Source: Pseudomonadota bacterium
GTDB lineage: Bacteria > Bdellovibrionota > FAC87 > UBA2466
Length of the DNA stretch: 64,000 bases
Assembly: GCA_043718025.1 (NCBI GenBank)
Contig: JAYSWN010000001.1
Location: 1 to 64,000, forward strand
Direction of reading: 5' to 3'
Shown here: piece by piece, positions 47,179-57,081 of the stretch
Numbering within the stretch: position 1 is the stretch's first letter
Layout: each line of letters starts with the position of its first letter
Position numbers and translations under genes: made by a program
Notes under the pieces: generated by a model
Told to the model about the DNA's origin: nothing
Database searches by the model: none
What the model saw: only the letters and a program-made list of their open reading frames with translations

Positions 47179-47223
47179 ATCAATTGAGAGTCACTTCACT
47201 TAACCCTTAATGGGGGTCCCAAA

Positions 47224-49677
47224 ATGGGCAACGAGTTCTCAGAAAACGAAGAGTTAGTCATTCCGGATGAGTTACCACTTCTTCCCATCCGCGATGTAGT
47301 TGTCTACCCGTACATGATTATCCCCCTCTTCGTTGGAAGAGAGCCCTCCATCCGGGCCGTTAATGAGGCGCTAGCCAAAGATCGGTTGATCTTTTTGGCC
47401 GCCCAAAAAGAGATAACCGACGAAAATCCGAGCGCAGAAAGTATCTTCCCCATCGGAACCATTTCGATGATTATGCGGATGAGAAAACTGCCCGATGGCC
47501 GAGTGAAAATTCTCGTGCAAGGCTTGATGAAGGGAACGATCACCAACTTCCAACAGGAAAAACCTTTCTTTATCGCTCAAGTAAAACAAATTAAAGAAAA
47601 ACCCGCACTTCGTGAGCAAGTAGAAGTTGAAGCGTTGATGCGCACCGTTCGCGAGAACCTTGAAAAAGTTATTTCGATGGGCCGCATGCTGTCGCCCGAT
47701 ATTCTCATGGTAGTCGACGATATTAACGACGGGGGACGCTTAGCCGATTTGATTGCTTCAAACCTTGGCCTCAAGGTGGAAGACGCGCAAGGTATTTTGG
47801 AACAGTTTGACCCCTTCGATCGTCTGAAAAAAGTGAACGAAATTTTGGTGAAAGAGTTAGAGATATTGGGCATGCAAGCCCGAATCCGCTCGCAAGCCCG
47901 CGACGAGATGACTAAGAGTCAACGCGAGTACTTTTTGCGCGAGCAGATTCGCGCCATTAAAAACGAACTTGGTGACACCGAATCTAAGTCGGAAGAGATC
48001 AATGAATTGCGCAGTAAGATCGAAGCCTGCAAAATGCCTCCCGAAGTGCACGAAGAGGCCATTAAGCAGGTGGGTCGCCTAGAGCGCATGCACCAAGATG
48101 CCAGCGAGGCGACGATAGTCCGCACCTACTTGGATTGGCTGGTCGATGTGCCATGGAGCAAAGCCAGCGAAGACAATTTGGATTTGGTAGAAGCGCAAAG
48201 AATTTTGGATGAAGATCATTTCGATCTCAAAAAGATCAAGGAACGTATCCTTGAATTCTTAGCGGTTCGAAAACTGAAGTCGAAGATGAAGGGTCCAATC
48301 CTTTGCTTCGTTGGCCCCCCGGGCGTCGGTAAAACGAGCCTTGGAAAATCGATTGCCCGAGCGATGGGACGTAAGTTCGTACGTATCTCCCTAGGCGGCA
48401 TTCGTGATGAGGCCGACATTCGCGGTCACCGCCGTACCTACGTGGGCGCGATGCCCGGGCGTATCGTGCAGGGTTTGAAACAAGCGGGCACTTCGAATCC
48501 CATCTTCATGTTGGATGAGATCGATAAGTTGGGTCAGGATTTTCGCGGTGACCCGGCATCGGCTCTTCTCGAAGTTTTAGATCCGGAGCAAAACTTTAGC
48601 TTCCGCGATCATTACCTGAATCTCCCTTACGATCTCTCGAATGTAATGTTCGTAGCGACCGCCAACTTGATGGACACCGTGCCTTCAGCGTTGCGCGACC
48701 GTATGGAAGTGATCCAGCTCGCGGGCTACAGTCAGGAAGAAAAGCTTCAGATCGCCAAACGCTTCATCATGGATAAACAGCGCGAAGAAAACGGGCTGAA
48801 ACCAGACGAAGTTAGCGTCAGCGACAAGGCCATTGCCCGGATCGTTACGCAGTACACTCAAGAGGCCGGTCTTCGTAATCTCGAGCGCAATGTTGCGGCG
48901 ATTTACCGCAAGGTGGCCCGCAAGATAGCGACCTCTGAAACCAAGCTTGAAAAAGTGGTGGTAAAAGAGGCTTCGATTCCAAAGTACTTGGGACCGCCGC
49001 GATTGCTAAAGGAAGAAGAGCGCGAGTACGACGAAGTGGGCGTGGCCACCGGTTTGGCCTGGACCCAATTTGGCGGCGAAATCTTAAGCATCGAAGTCAC
49101 GATGATGAAGAAAAACGGTGGTGGTTTAACCCTCACCGGTTCTCTCGGCGACGTGATGAAAGAGTCGGCCACGGCGGCGCTAAGTTACGTGCGCAGCAAG
49201 GCGGCCTCTTACGGAATCGATGAAAAGGTTTTTTCGAAATACGAAATTCACGTTCACGTTCCTCAAGGGGCGACGCCCAAAGATGGTCCTTCGGCGGGTA
49301 TTACGCTGGTAACGGCAATGGTTTCTCTACTTACCGGTAATCCGATTCGCAGAGATGTGGCGATGACCGGCGAAGTGACTTTACGCGGGCATGTGCTTCC
49401 CATCGGCGGCTTGAAAGAGAAGACGTTGGCGGCATTGAGGCACGGCGTGAAGACCATAATCATTCCGTTTCGAAATCATAAGGACCTCGATGAAGTTCCA
49501 AAACGTCTTAAGAAGAAATGTACCTTCTTGATGGCGCGCGAAGTTCACGAAGTTCTTAACCACGCGTTGGTAAACAACCCGTTCGAATGGGCAAAGCAAG
49601 TTCCGCCGATGTCGGATGAGGGCGACAGCCAATCCACGATTCCGCTTACGGCCAAGGCTCACGATCGCGCGGCGTAA
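47224..49677 (+). CDS. lon: ATP-dependent protease La
   Basis: [46 protein letters not shown]. Confidence 0.98.
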   Translation: MGNEFSENEELVIPDELPLLPIRDVVVYPYMIIPLFVGREPSIRAVNEALAKDRLIFLAAQKEITDENPSAESIFPIGTISMIMRMRKLPDGRVKILVQGLMKGTITNFQQEKPFFIAQVKQIKEKPALREQVEVEALMRTVRENLEKVISMGRMLSPDILMVVDDINDGGRLADLIASNLGLKVEDAQGILEQFDPFDRLKKVNEILVKELEILGMQARIRSQARDEMTKSQREYFLREQIRAIKNELGDTESKSEEINELRSKIEACKMPPEVHEEAIKQVGRLERMHQDASEATIVRTYLDWLVDVPWSKASEDNLDLVEAQRILDEDHFDLKKIKERILEFLAVRKLKSKMKGPILCFVGPPGVGKTSLGKSIARAMGRKFVRISLGGIRDEADIRGHRRTYVGAMPGRIVQGLKQAGTSNPIFMLDEIDKLGQDFRGDPASALLEVLDPEQNFSFRDHYLNLPYDLSNVMFVATANLMDTVPSALRDRMEVIQLAGYSQEEKLQIAKRFIMDKQREENGLKPDEVSVSDKAIARIVTQYTQEAGLRNLERNVAAIYRKVARKIATSETKLEKVVVKEASIPKYLGPPRLLKEEEREYDEVGVATGLAWTQFGGEILSIEVTMMKKNGGGLTLTGSLGDVMKESATAALSYVRSKAASYGIDEKVFSKYEIHVHVPQGATPKDGPSAGITLVTAMVSLLTGNPIRRDVAMTGEVTLRGHVLPIGGLKEKTLAALRHGVKTIIIPFRNHKDLDEVPKRLKKKCTFLMAREVHEVLNHALVNNPFEWAKQVPPMSDEGDSQSTIPLTAKAHDRAA

Positions 49678-49723
49678 GTTTAAAAAAGCCGCTGCGAAAA
49701 ACGCAGTGACAATATAATCTTCG

Positions 49724-49754
49724 AAAGGCCGGCGCCAAAAACGCCGGCCTTTTT
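49724..49754 (+). terminator. Rho-independent terminator after lon
   Basis: AAAGGCCGGCG-7 nt-CGCCGGCCTTT followed by TT. Confidence 0.85.
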
Positions 49755-49958
49755 CATTCTTTAAAAAATAACGCGCGTCGCAAGTGAAAGATCCAGATAA
49801 ATCCCTGTCTTACGTCGACAGAACGGATAAGTAGTTGAAATTGCTGCCGAGCGTTCACCGCACTGCAAGTTAATTTTTGTTATCTGTTCGTTAACACCCC
49901 CCGTACCTTTCATTGTGTTCGTCGCCATTTTGTAAGAATCGAAGTAGCAGGGGGATTC

Positions 49959-51524
49959 ATGAACAATCGATCTATTTTTACCGCTGTAGCGCTATTGCTG
50001 TTCACTTGGCAGGCTTTTTCAGCTGTTTTCGTGGACCCGCGCTTAATGCAAAAACTTGGCTCTAATTCGTCTTCGAACGAACTGATTCAATCTGTGATTC
50101 ATTTCGAAGACAAACGTGACCTGGACGCAATCGTAGCCCGAGCGCCAAAGGGTAAGCCGGTGGGCGCCTTTCTGGCCGCCGAGCTGGAAAAGCTCACGGT
50201 TAAAGAAACACTGGCCACGCGTAACTTTCTAAAGGCACGCCAAGGTAAAGGGGTGAGTGAGATTACGGTGCTTTGGGGCACTCACTCAGTTCGCGTTCAG
50301 GCAAAAGCAAACGTTCTATCCCAGTTTTTGGCGATGAATGCCCGCGGCGTAGAAAGCATTATTCTCGATGAACCGTTAGCGATCGGCGAAATGCTCGACG
50401 ATGCCAACGCCTCTTTCTCCCCTCGTGCGGTCGGTGTGACCGACGCTGAACCAGAAATCTCTTGGGGGGTTGAGAAGTCAGCCGCACTCGCGCTTTGGGA
50501 AACCGGCAACAAAGGGCAAAAAACAACCGTGGCCGTGATCGATAGCGGCGCGGCGATTGAACACCCTGACCTTAAGCCCAATATTTGGCAAAATCCTGGC
50601 GAGACGGGGTTAGATCAGAACGGCAAAGATAAAGCTACCAATGGCATCGACGATGACGGTAACGGCTACGTCGATGATATCCACGGCTATAACTTTGAAG
50701 ATAAGAATGCCGATCTCAGTGACAGCAATGGTCATGGTTCTCAAACCGCCGGCATCGTTGGCGGCGCCGGCACGGGGGGAACGCAAACGGGCGTTGCGCC
50801 CAAAGCCAAGCTGATGATTTTGAAAAGCTGCTGCAATTCAGGCACGAAGGCTTTCGAAACCAATACCTGGGAAGCAATCCAGTACGCCATCAAAAATGGC
50901 GCGCAGGTAATCAGTATGTCGATGAGTGCCAAGCCTCCGTCGAAACCTTCTTACTCCAAATGGCGTAAGCTTGGTGAAGTGGAATTAGCCGCCGGCATCA
51001 TCCACGTGAATTCAGCGGGAAATCTTGGTTCCGGAAAAGCTCCAAATAATATGGGCGCCCCTTCTAGTAATCCTCCGGCCTGGTTTCATGGAGATTCGGT
51101 TAAAGGAAAAGGAACGTCGATGATCACCATCGGCGCAACTGACCAAGACGATGTGCTTCGGTCGTACTCAAGCACTGGACCGGTTACGTGGCAGGCGATC
51201 GAAGAGTTCAAAGACTTTCCGTACACTAAAGACGAAAAGCCTGGACTCGTGAAACCCGAAGTCTGCGGACCTAGCGAAGTGCCCAGCACATCAAAAGACG
51301 GCAAGAGCTACACTAAGAGCTTCGGCGGAACCTCATCGGCTACGCCCAATGTTGCGGGCGTGGTTGCCCTCATGGTAACGGCGAAAACCGATCTCACTCC
51401 GGCTCAGGCTACGGAAGCGTTAGTGATGTCGGCCACACCGGTAGGAGAGGGTTACAACAATCAATGTGGCGGTGGCCGAGTGGATGCGTTTAAGGCCGTT
51501 GAATACGTACTGAAAAACTTCTAA
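49959..51524 (+). CDS. Secreted S8 subtilisin-like serine protease with propeptide
   Basis: Signal peptide; triad VIDSG / GHGS / GTSSATP; oxyanion SAGN; NGIDDDGNGYVDD loop. Confidence 0.93.
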   Translation: MNNRSIFTAVALLLFTWQAFSAVFVDPRLMQKLGSNSSSNELIQSVIHFEDKRDLDAIVARAPKGKPVGAFLAAELEKLTVKETLATRNFLKARQGKGVSEITVLWGTHSVRVQAKANVLSQFLAMNARGVESIILDEPLAIGEMLDDANASFSPRAVGVTDAEPEISWGVEKSAALALWETGNKGQKTTVAVIDSGAAIEHPDLKPNIWQNPGETGLDQNGKDKATNGIDDDGNGYVDDIHGYNFEDKNADLSDSNGHGSQTAGIVGGAGTGGTQTGVAPKAKLMILKSCCNSGTKAFETNTWEAIQYAIKNGAQVISMSMSAKPPSKPSYSKWRKLGEVELAAGIIHVNSAGNLGSGKAPNNMGAPSSNPPAWFHGDSVKGKGTSMITIGATDQDDVLRSYSSTGPVTWQAIEEFKDFPYTKDEKPGLVKPEVCGPSEVPSTSKDGKSYTKSFGGTSSATPNVAGVVALMVTAKTDLTPAQATEALVMSATPVGEGYNNQCGGGRVDAFKAVEYVLKNF

Positions 51525-51573
51525 GCACCGCGTTATTGTGAAGCCTTAAGACCGATACAATAACTTGAGCGGC

Positions 51574-52320
51574 TTAAAAATTGTTTCGTAAAGGGGTGCG
51601 GAAGGCGGTTGCCGTCCGCACCTCTTTTATTTTACCGCTCGGCATAGCCTCGGCACAGGCTAGGAACGTGGCGCCGGTGGTGAAAACGTCGTCCACCAAA
51701 ATCACTTTTTCAAAGGGCGCCGGATTCCAGTAGAAGCTGTGCTTCAAATTTTTTTGCCGCGCTTCTCGCCCAAGCTGCGATTGTTTGGCGCTCTCTTTGT
51801 GTTTTACTAAACCTGAATACATCGGAATACCCCATGCCGCACTCAGCACGCCCGCTATTTTTTCACTTAGGTTGAAGCCGCGCCGCCAAAAGCGACTCGA
51901 GTGCAGCGGTACCGGCACCACCGCAAAGCCCTCTAGATCATCCCACGGCTGCCACGCTTGCAACGTCGGCACCAGCAGGTCGAGCAGGCCGGAATAAGAG
52001 TCGTACTTTATGCGGTGAAGTAGCCCCCGGGCGTCTTCGTTCAAACGGAATAGGCTGCGGCTACAGAGCGGGTAATTTCTGCCGCCGAGGCAGCGGCCAC
52101 ATTGTTGCGAACTTTGAATTAAAATTTCTCCGCACCACCCGCAGGTGGTGTCGGGCACTCCGAGTAGTCGATGGCCGTCTTGGCAAAAGCGCCCGTCAAG
52201 CGCTTCACCGTCGCAAAGCAGGCAGTTCGTCTGAAATAACCCGGCCAGTGCTTGATCTAACGCCAGCCAGTGATTTCGGGGGGAGCCAAGCGGAACAACC
52301 AGGCCTCCTGCAGATGACAT
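51574..52320 (-). CDS. comF: ComF family protein (zinc ribbon plus phosphoribosyltransferase)
   Basis: CLLC, CGWC, CGRC, VPVPLH..R..RRGFN, LVDDVFTTGAT. Start uncertain. Confidence 0.88.
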   Translation of the reverse strand: MSSAGGLVVPLGSPRNHWLALDQALAGLFQTNCLLCDGEALDGRFCQDGHRLLGVPDTTCGWCGEILIQSSQQCGRCLGGRNYPLCSRSLFRLNEDARGLLHRIKYDSYSGLLDLLVPTLQAWQPWDDLEGFAVVPVPLHSSRFWRRGFNLSEKIAGVLSAAWGIPMYSGLVKHKESAKQSQLGREARQKNLKHSFYWNPAPFEKVILVDDVFTTGATFLACAEAMPSGKIKEVRTATAFRTPLRNNF

Positions 52321-53774
52321 GTGTCGATCCTTTCGGCGCCATCCAAATCCGCAATAGTGCGCGCCACTCTCAATAGTTTGTCGAGCATGCGGTGGTTAGT
52401 GGCTTCGTTCTCGGCCTGATGCTTCCACCAGCTCTGTGCCTTGGGGTTTAGGGTAAAAGCTTCGCCGTAGTGGTGAACATCGGCATTTGAGTTTCGTATT
52501 GTGGTGACGCCGTAACGCTGCCGTTGTGTTTCAATGGTTTGGGCAATGCGAGTTTGCATGGCTTCGTGCCACCAACGCGGTGATTCAGGCTCATCGTCGT
52601 TAAAATTAAAATGTAAAGTCACGTAGAGATCCAGCCGCTCGAGAATGGGACCGGAGATTCGTTGCTGGTACTTATTTTTGGCGTCTCGCGAGCAGCGGCA
52701 CATCTTTTGGCTAGAAAGTGCGTACCCGCAGGGGCACGGATTCATCGCGACGATAAGCGAAAACAAGGCGGGAAGCGGTGCTCCGGCACCAATGCGCTGC
52801 ACTCGAATATGGCCGTTTTGCAGGGGCTCCCGCAAGCCTTCGATACTGTCGCGCCGGAACTCGGGAAATTCGTCGAGAAAAAGAACTCCTAAATGGGCGA
52901 GGGTCACTTCGCCGGGTAGAACATCGCCCTTTCCCCCGCCCAAAAGCCCTTGCGGAGAAATGGAATGGTGAGGCGCCCGAAACGGGCGCTCGCTTGGCCC
53001 CCGTTTTTCGTGAGGATAGAGGCAGTAATTTTTTAGAACAATTGGCACCTCCTCTGAGTTGAGCGGAGGCAGCAGTGATACCGCCGATCGCGCGAGCATG
53101 GTTTTTCCCACCCCGGGTGCGCCAATCAACAGCAGGTGATGGCGACCGGCGAGGGCAATTTCAATGGCGCGTTTGCCCTGCGGGTTGCCGCGAATCTGGT
53201 CCATGAGCTTAGGCGCTTGAACTGGTAGTGACGAAAGGGCCATGGGTGCCGCCAAAGGGGTTTTTCCATTGAGGAAATCGAGCACTTCGCCCAGGTGCCG
53301 CGCGGTTTTTGTTTTGGGAGAGTTCAGTAGCGACGCTTCCCAGGCGTTGCTAAGGGGAAGCACCACGGTCTCGATGTGCGGACAGGCCACCAGCACTTGC
53401 AGCAGCCCCACCACTCCGGTGACGGGCAAGAGCTCTCCGGCAATGGTCATCTCGCCGAGAAATGCGGTTTTTTCGAATTGAGCGAGGTCGACCAACCCTT
53501 CGGCCCCCAAAACCGCCATGGCGATGGCCAGGTCGAATTGGTTCCCCGATTTCTTTGAATTGGCCGGCCACAGATGAATCAGTATGTGCTTTGATGGCAC
53601 ATCAAAGCCAAACTGCGCCAAACACGACCGAACGCGCTCGCGGCTTTCTCGAATTGCCTCGCTCGGTAATCCAGTTATTTGAATTTTAGGAAGGTTCAGT
53701 TGGCAAGAAGACTCAATTCCCACCACCTCGCCGTCGATCCCTTTAAGCGTAGCACTCCACGTTTTTGCAACCAT
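52257..53774 (-). CDS. comM: YifB/ComM Mg-chelatase-like AAA+ ATPase
   Basis: GLP..AIRESRERV, FDLAIA, GAPGVGKTMLA, FRAPHH, LFLDEFPEF, AMNPCPCG, VARTIADL. Start ATG 53774. Confidence 0.93.
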   Translation of the reverse strand: MVAKTWSATLKGIDGEVVGIESSCQLNLPKIQITGLPSEAIRESRERVRSCLAQFGFDVPSKHILIHLWPANSKKSGNQFDLAIAMAVLGAEGLVDLAQFEKTAFLGEMTIAGELLPVTGVVGLLQVLVACPHIETVVLPLSNAWEASLLNSPKTKTARHLGEVLDFLNGKTPLAAPMALSSLPVQAPKLMDQIRGNPQGKRAIEIALAGRHHLLLIGAPGVGKTMLARSAVSLLPPLNSEEVPIVLKNYCLYPHEKRGPSERPFRAPHHSISPQGLLGGGKGDVLPGEVTLAHLGVLFLDEFPEFRRDSIEGLREPLQNGHIRVQRIGAGAPLPALFSLIVAMNPCPCGYALSSQKMCRCSRDAKNKYQQRISGPILERLDLYVTLHFNFNDDEPESPRWWHEAMQTRIAQTIETQRQRYGVTTIRNSNADVHHYGEAFTLNPKAQSWWKHQAENEATNHRMLDKLLRVARTIADLDGAERIDTCHLQEAWLFRLAPPEITGWR

Positions 53775-54025
53775 AAGGTTGGATTTTGCAAAAGCTACAC
53801 CCAATCTTGCGCTTGAATTGCGGGCAGTGGGGTTTTGATTTCGGTTGTCGTGGTCTGATTTTGGTTTTCCGCCGACCCCAACGCCGTATTCTGACGTATT
53901 CCAGGCCGCTCGCTCATTCGTTGTCCAATTTAACCTGACGGTGCACACCCGCTCCGTGCAGACCGGGCGGTGGAACGAGTCTTGCTGAGTTCTCAGCCGA
54001 CGGCAAGGAGCTGACGATTCGTACG

Positions 54026-55018
54026 ATGGAGTGGCAGGCATTCGGCAAGAACCCCGTCAAGGCCATCACCCTCAATTCGGTCACCGGAGAAGAAAAGGGG
54101 GGCGAACAAAACACGAAAACGCCGTTCCAAGTGGCCGATACGCCCAGCGCCCACGGCGATTCCAATAACGATAAGTACCTCGCCGTCATCACTTGGTCCC
54201 GCCGGAACCAAGGCGAGGACCTCGACAGCGATTACCGGATTTACGACAACGTCACGGGTAAGCTGCTCAAGCAAGGGGTAGTCCCGGGCTGGCCCGTATC
54301 CGCCACGGTCAGCGACGATGGCAAGACGATGGTCGTGGGAGACCACTACGCTGTCGGCAAAGGCGCAGTCCGTTCCGTCGAAGTGGAAAGCGGCAAGGTG
54401 ATCGCGAAGTTTGACGCCCCCATCGTAGCGAATCGGATCAAGTATCTTTCCGACGGAAAGGTTTTTCTGGGTACCGACATCTCGTCGTCGAAGACGGGAA
54501 GTCTTAGCACCGACGATTCTTACTACCAGATGATGATCTGGGATCCCGCCTCCGGTAAATCGGGCCCCACGATCAATCTGGGAAAGAGACCCCATGACTT
54601 CGTCCCGTCCGCGGCCTCGAACGGAAACGTCCTGGTGCCGCGACCGGATAATCTTCTTCAGTACTCCGGAGACTCGGGGGCGCTGCTCAAAACCATCACG
54701 ATTCCCAACATGACGCTGCACAAAGAAGCGTCTGCGTTTAAGCACGACATGACCCCGGATGCCCGTTTCGCGGCGGTAACTGTCGGCTCGGAGTACTCCC
54801 CCCATCAGGTTCAGATTTGGGACCTCGAAGCGGGAAAAAAGGTTTCTTTCGCGGGCTCACCCAACGGTGAATTCCAGTTCGTGAAGTTCTCGCCAAAGTC
54901 GGACCTTCTCGTCCTCGGCCGGCGGGACGAAGTGTGCGTCTACAACACGGGCTTGAAAGCGAGGACCGAAGGCGGAGTCTCGAGCGCTTCTCCCAAGGGT
55001 TCGGGCACACATAAGTAG
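54026..55018 (+). CDS. WD40-like beta-propeller protein, probably 5'-disrupted
   Basis: Repeats IYDNVTGK, SDDGK, IWDPASGK, TPDAR, IWDLEAGK, FSPKSD. The frame stays open upstream of the ATG with another blade motif (FSADGK). Confidence 0.65.
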   Translation: MEWQAFGKNPVKAITLNSVTGEEKGGEQNTKTPFQVADTPSAHGDSNNDKYLAVITWSRRNQGEDLDSDYRIYDNVTGKLLKQGVVPGWPVSATVSDDGKTMVVGDHYAVGKGAVRSVEVESGKVIAKFDAPIVANRIKYLSDGKVFLGTDISSSKTGSLSTDDSYYQMMIWDPASGKSGPTINLGKRPHDFVPSAASNGNVLVPRPDNLLQYSGDSGALLKTITIPNMTLHKEASAFKHDMTPDARFAAVTVGSEYSPHQVQIWDLEAGKKVSFAGSPNGEFQFVKFSPKSDLLVLGRRDEVCVYNTGLKARTEGGVSSASPKGSGTHK

Positions 55019-55072
55019 GAGTTCCTTGACCAGTTGAGCTGCAGGAGTAGACGAGGACGTTACTCGGTGTTT

Positions 55073-55849
55073 TCAAAGAAAGATGGTTTTGCGTTCTTTA
55101 AGGTGCTGGTGAAGTTGCTTCTGCAGTTGGTGGCGGATTTCGCGGCTGAGCTTGGTGACGTACTCGATGTCTTCTGCCTTCTCCGGATCTTTTGGCAGGT
55201 AAATAGGATCTAAAAACTCAATGTGCCAACGTGCCGGAAGTGGAATTACGTTGAGCGGCACCGGTACGATAATTCCGATGACATGTTTGGCCCAGCGAAT
55301 TTGCGAAAGGTTGATGTTGCTCTCTTCGGCGCCAATCACGAACGAAGGGATGATGGGAGCGCCAGTGCGCAGCGCGAGTCGTACGAACCCGCGTCGGAAA
55401 CGGCGTAGTTTATAGGCTTGCGAGCTGGGTTTGAAATTGCCCTCTTCGCCTTCGGGAAATAGCAAAAGGCATTGGCCCCGTTCTAAAATCTTGAAGCCAT
55501 TGTCCATCGTTGCCGGCACCAATCCCATTTTGCGGGCCGGAACCGAAATTTCGGGTCGAATAAACCACATCTTGTGGGCGATGATCCGCGGCAGCCGTTT
55601 CAATTTTCCGTGAATCTGGTGCACGATCATCAGCGCATCAAAACCCATAAAGCCGCTGTGATTGGCGATTACGATGACCGGCCCTTTTTTGGGAATTTTT
55701 TCAAGCCCCACGCAGGTGACCCGCAGGTACTTGGTGATGAGCTCAAGCAGAAAACTGGGCAGTACGCGATAGGCGAGCTCATCGGGAGCCAGCCCTTTGG
55801 CCTTGAGCTTCATGGTGCGAAGTAAGGCGTGGGCGATGGGGTTGCGCAT
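55073..55849 (-). CDS. Lysophospholipid acyltransferase family protein
   Basis: ANHSG...FD, LFPEG, GFVRLA..TGAPIIP. Confidence 0.88.
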   Translation of the reverse strand: MRNPIAHALLRTMKLKAKGLAPDELAYRVLPSFLLELITKYLRVTCVGLEKIPKKGPVIVIANHSGFMGFDALMIVHQIHGKLKRLPRIIAHKMWFIRPEISVPARKMGLVPATMDNGFKILERGQCLLLFPEGEEGNFKPSSQAYKLRRFRRGFVRLALRTGAPIIPSFVIGAEESNINLSQIRWAKHVIGIIVPVPLNVIPLPARWHIEFLDPIYLPKDPEKAEDIEYVTKLSREIRHQLQKQLHQHLKERKTIFL

Positions 55850-55904
55850 AGCGTTGGTTTAATGAAGAAGGGGGAGAAAGTCTAACTTTGCGAATTTGCC
55901 GAAT

Positions 55905-57005
55905 CTACGCAGTTACGACGCGAATGACTTTAGCCTTTCGCAGGGCGATCATCGATTCATAAATGGTGACATCGGGAAGCGGATTAAAATCAACGACCTT
56001 TCCTACGTCGCCAAACTCTACCACGCTGCTAAGGGTGAGAAATTCTTCGCGGGTTAATTCTAACTGCGGATGCAAGGCGCTGGGCTCAAGCTCGACTTGA
56101 ATCTCCTTGGCGGGAATCTCTCTACGAATTTGGTTGTACCTAATTTTAAAATCTTCGCCCTCGCGTGAAAGGTGTTTTAAATTTACGTTGAGATCCCCCT
56201 CGAGCCACATTGAGGCGGCATCGACGCGTTCGAACGAGTAATGCGGATCATCCCATAAAAACATGCGGTACAACGCTTTGAGTCCGCGCACGGAGCCGGT
56301 TAGCGCCGAAACCAAACGGCCGTGCAAAAATTCAACTTTGCCGGTCTGATCTTCGAAACTGCCCTTGATCTGCAACGAGCCCGTGCGCTCTAACTCGTGA
56401 ATGGTGTAAAGCGCGTCGCGCAGCTCGCTGCTGGGTTTGAAAGTGACCCGATCATTTTCGTTTCCGGTTTTGGGACGGTTGTCGCGCAGAAACTCATTGG
56501 ATATTTGGACGCACCGTTCAAGTTTCTCCGAACTCTCTTTAATGTCTTCGAACAGCGGCTTGGCATCGCCGTAGTTTTCACCTTCGATGGAAAGCGTTTT
56601 TATGGCCTGCAAATAATGGGTGGACTGTTGCATGGTTTCGGCCGCCCGCGCCATTTTCTTTAGCGGTTCCACAATTTTTTTGTCATCGTGTCGTGGATTT
56701 TCGAGCGTGAGGTAGATGCGGTTTTCCATGGCAAAGTGCAGGTCTTCTTTCGTAAATGCTTTGCCAAACCAAACCAATAAAACCGGACGTTGAGCGGCGC
56801 GAATTCTTCCGATCTCGCGTTTCATATCCGGCGCATTTTCAACAAAAACAATTTCCACTGTCGAGGAACTCAGGTCGCAAAATTTTTGGGTAGAGACTTC
56901 AAATGAAACTTCGGCCAGGCTTTCGCTCTGCAGTCCTTTTAAGAACTGGCGGGCCCAGTTGCTTAAGTCACCAACGCTTGAGATGCGGCATAGAGGTGAT
57001 TTCAT
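55905..57005 (-). CDS. DUF4388-domain protein with degenerate receiver-like N-terminus
   Basis: RTG.L.I....G.V.F..GRLVSA..G...G..ALYRMF.W....F pattern; C-terminal winged-helix-like tail. Confidence 0.7.
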   Translation of the reverse strand: MKSPLCRISSVGDLSNWARQFLKGLQSESLAEVSFEVSTQKFCDLSSSTVEIVFVENAPDMKREIGRIRAAQRPVLLVWFGKAFTKEDLHFAMENRIYLTLENPRHDDKKIVEPLKKMARAAETMQQSTHYLQAIKTLSIEGENYGDAKPLFEDIKESSEKLERCVQISNEFLRDNRPKTGNENDRVTFKPSSELRDALYTIHELERTGSLQIKGSFEDQTGKVEFLHGRLVSALTGSVRGLKALYRMFLWDDPHYSFERVDAASMWLEGDLNVNLKHLSREGEDFKIRYNQIRREIPAKEIQVELEPSALHPQLELTREEFLTLSSVVEFGDVGKVVDFNPLPDVTIYESMIALRKAKVIRVVTA

Positions 57006-57010
57006 GAATC

Positions 57011-57042
57011 GTCATTGCGAGCCACTAAGTGGCGCGGCAACC
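57011..57042. repeat. REP-like palindromic element
   Basis: GTCATTGCGAGCCACTAAGTGGCGCGGCAACC: GTCA head with TTGC/GCAA and GCCAC/GTGGC stems. Confidence 0.55.
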
Positions 57043-57081
57043 TTCGGCATTATTTGGGGTAAAACTAATCCGTATTACGGA

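Noticed and set aside
53775..54041. 89-aa N-terminal extension of ComM in the ORF track
   Set aside because: Family similarity starts at MVAKTWS. Similar over-extended starts were trimmed for mutS, nagZ, nuoN2 and the 62226 ORF.
53993..54805. 270-aa antisense ORF and other shadow ORFs
   Set aside because: They lie opposite or inside better-supported genes and have no recognisable motifs.
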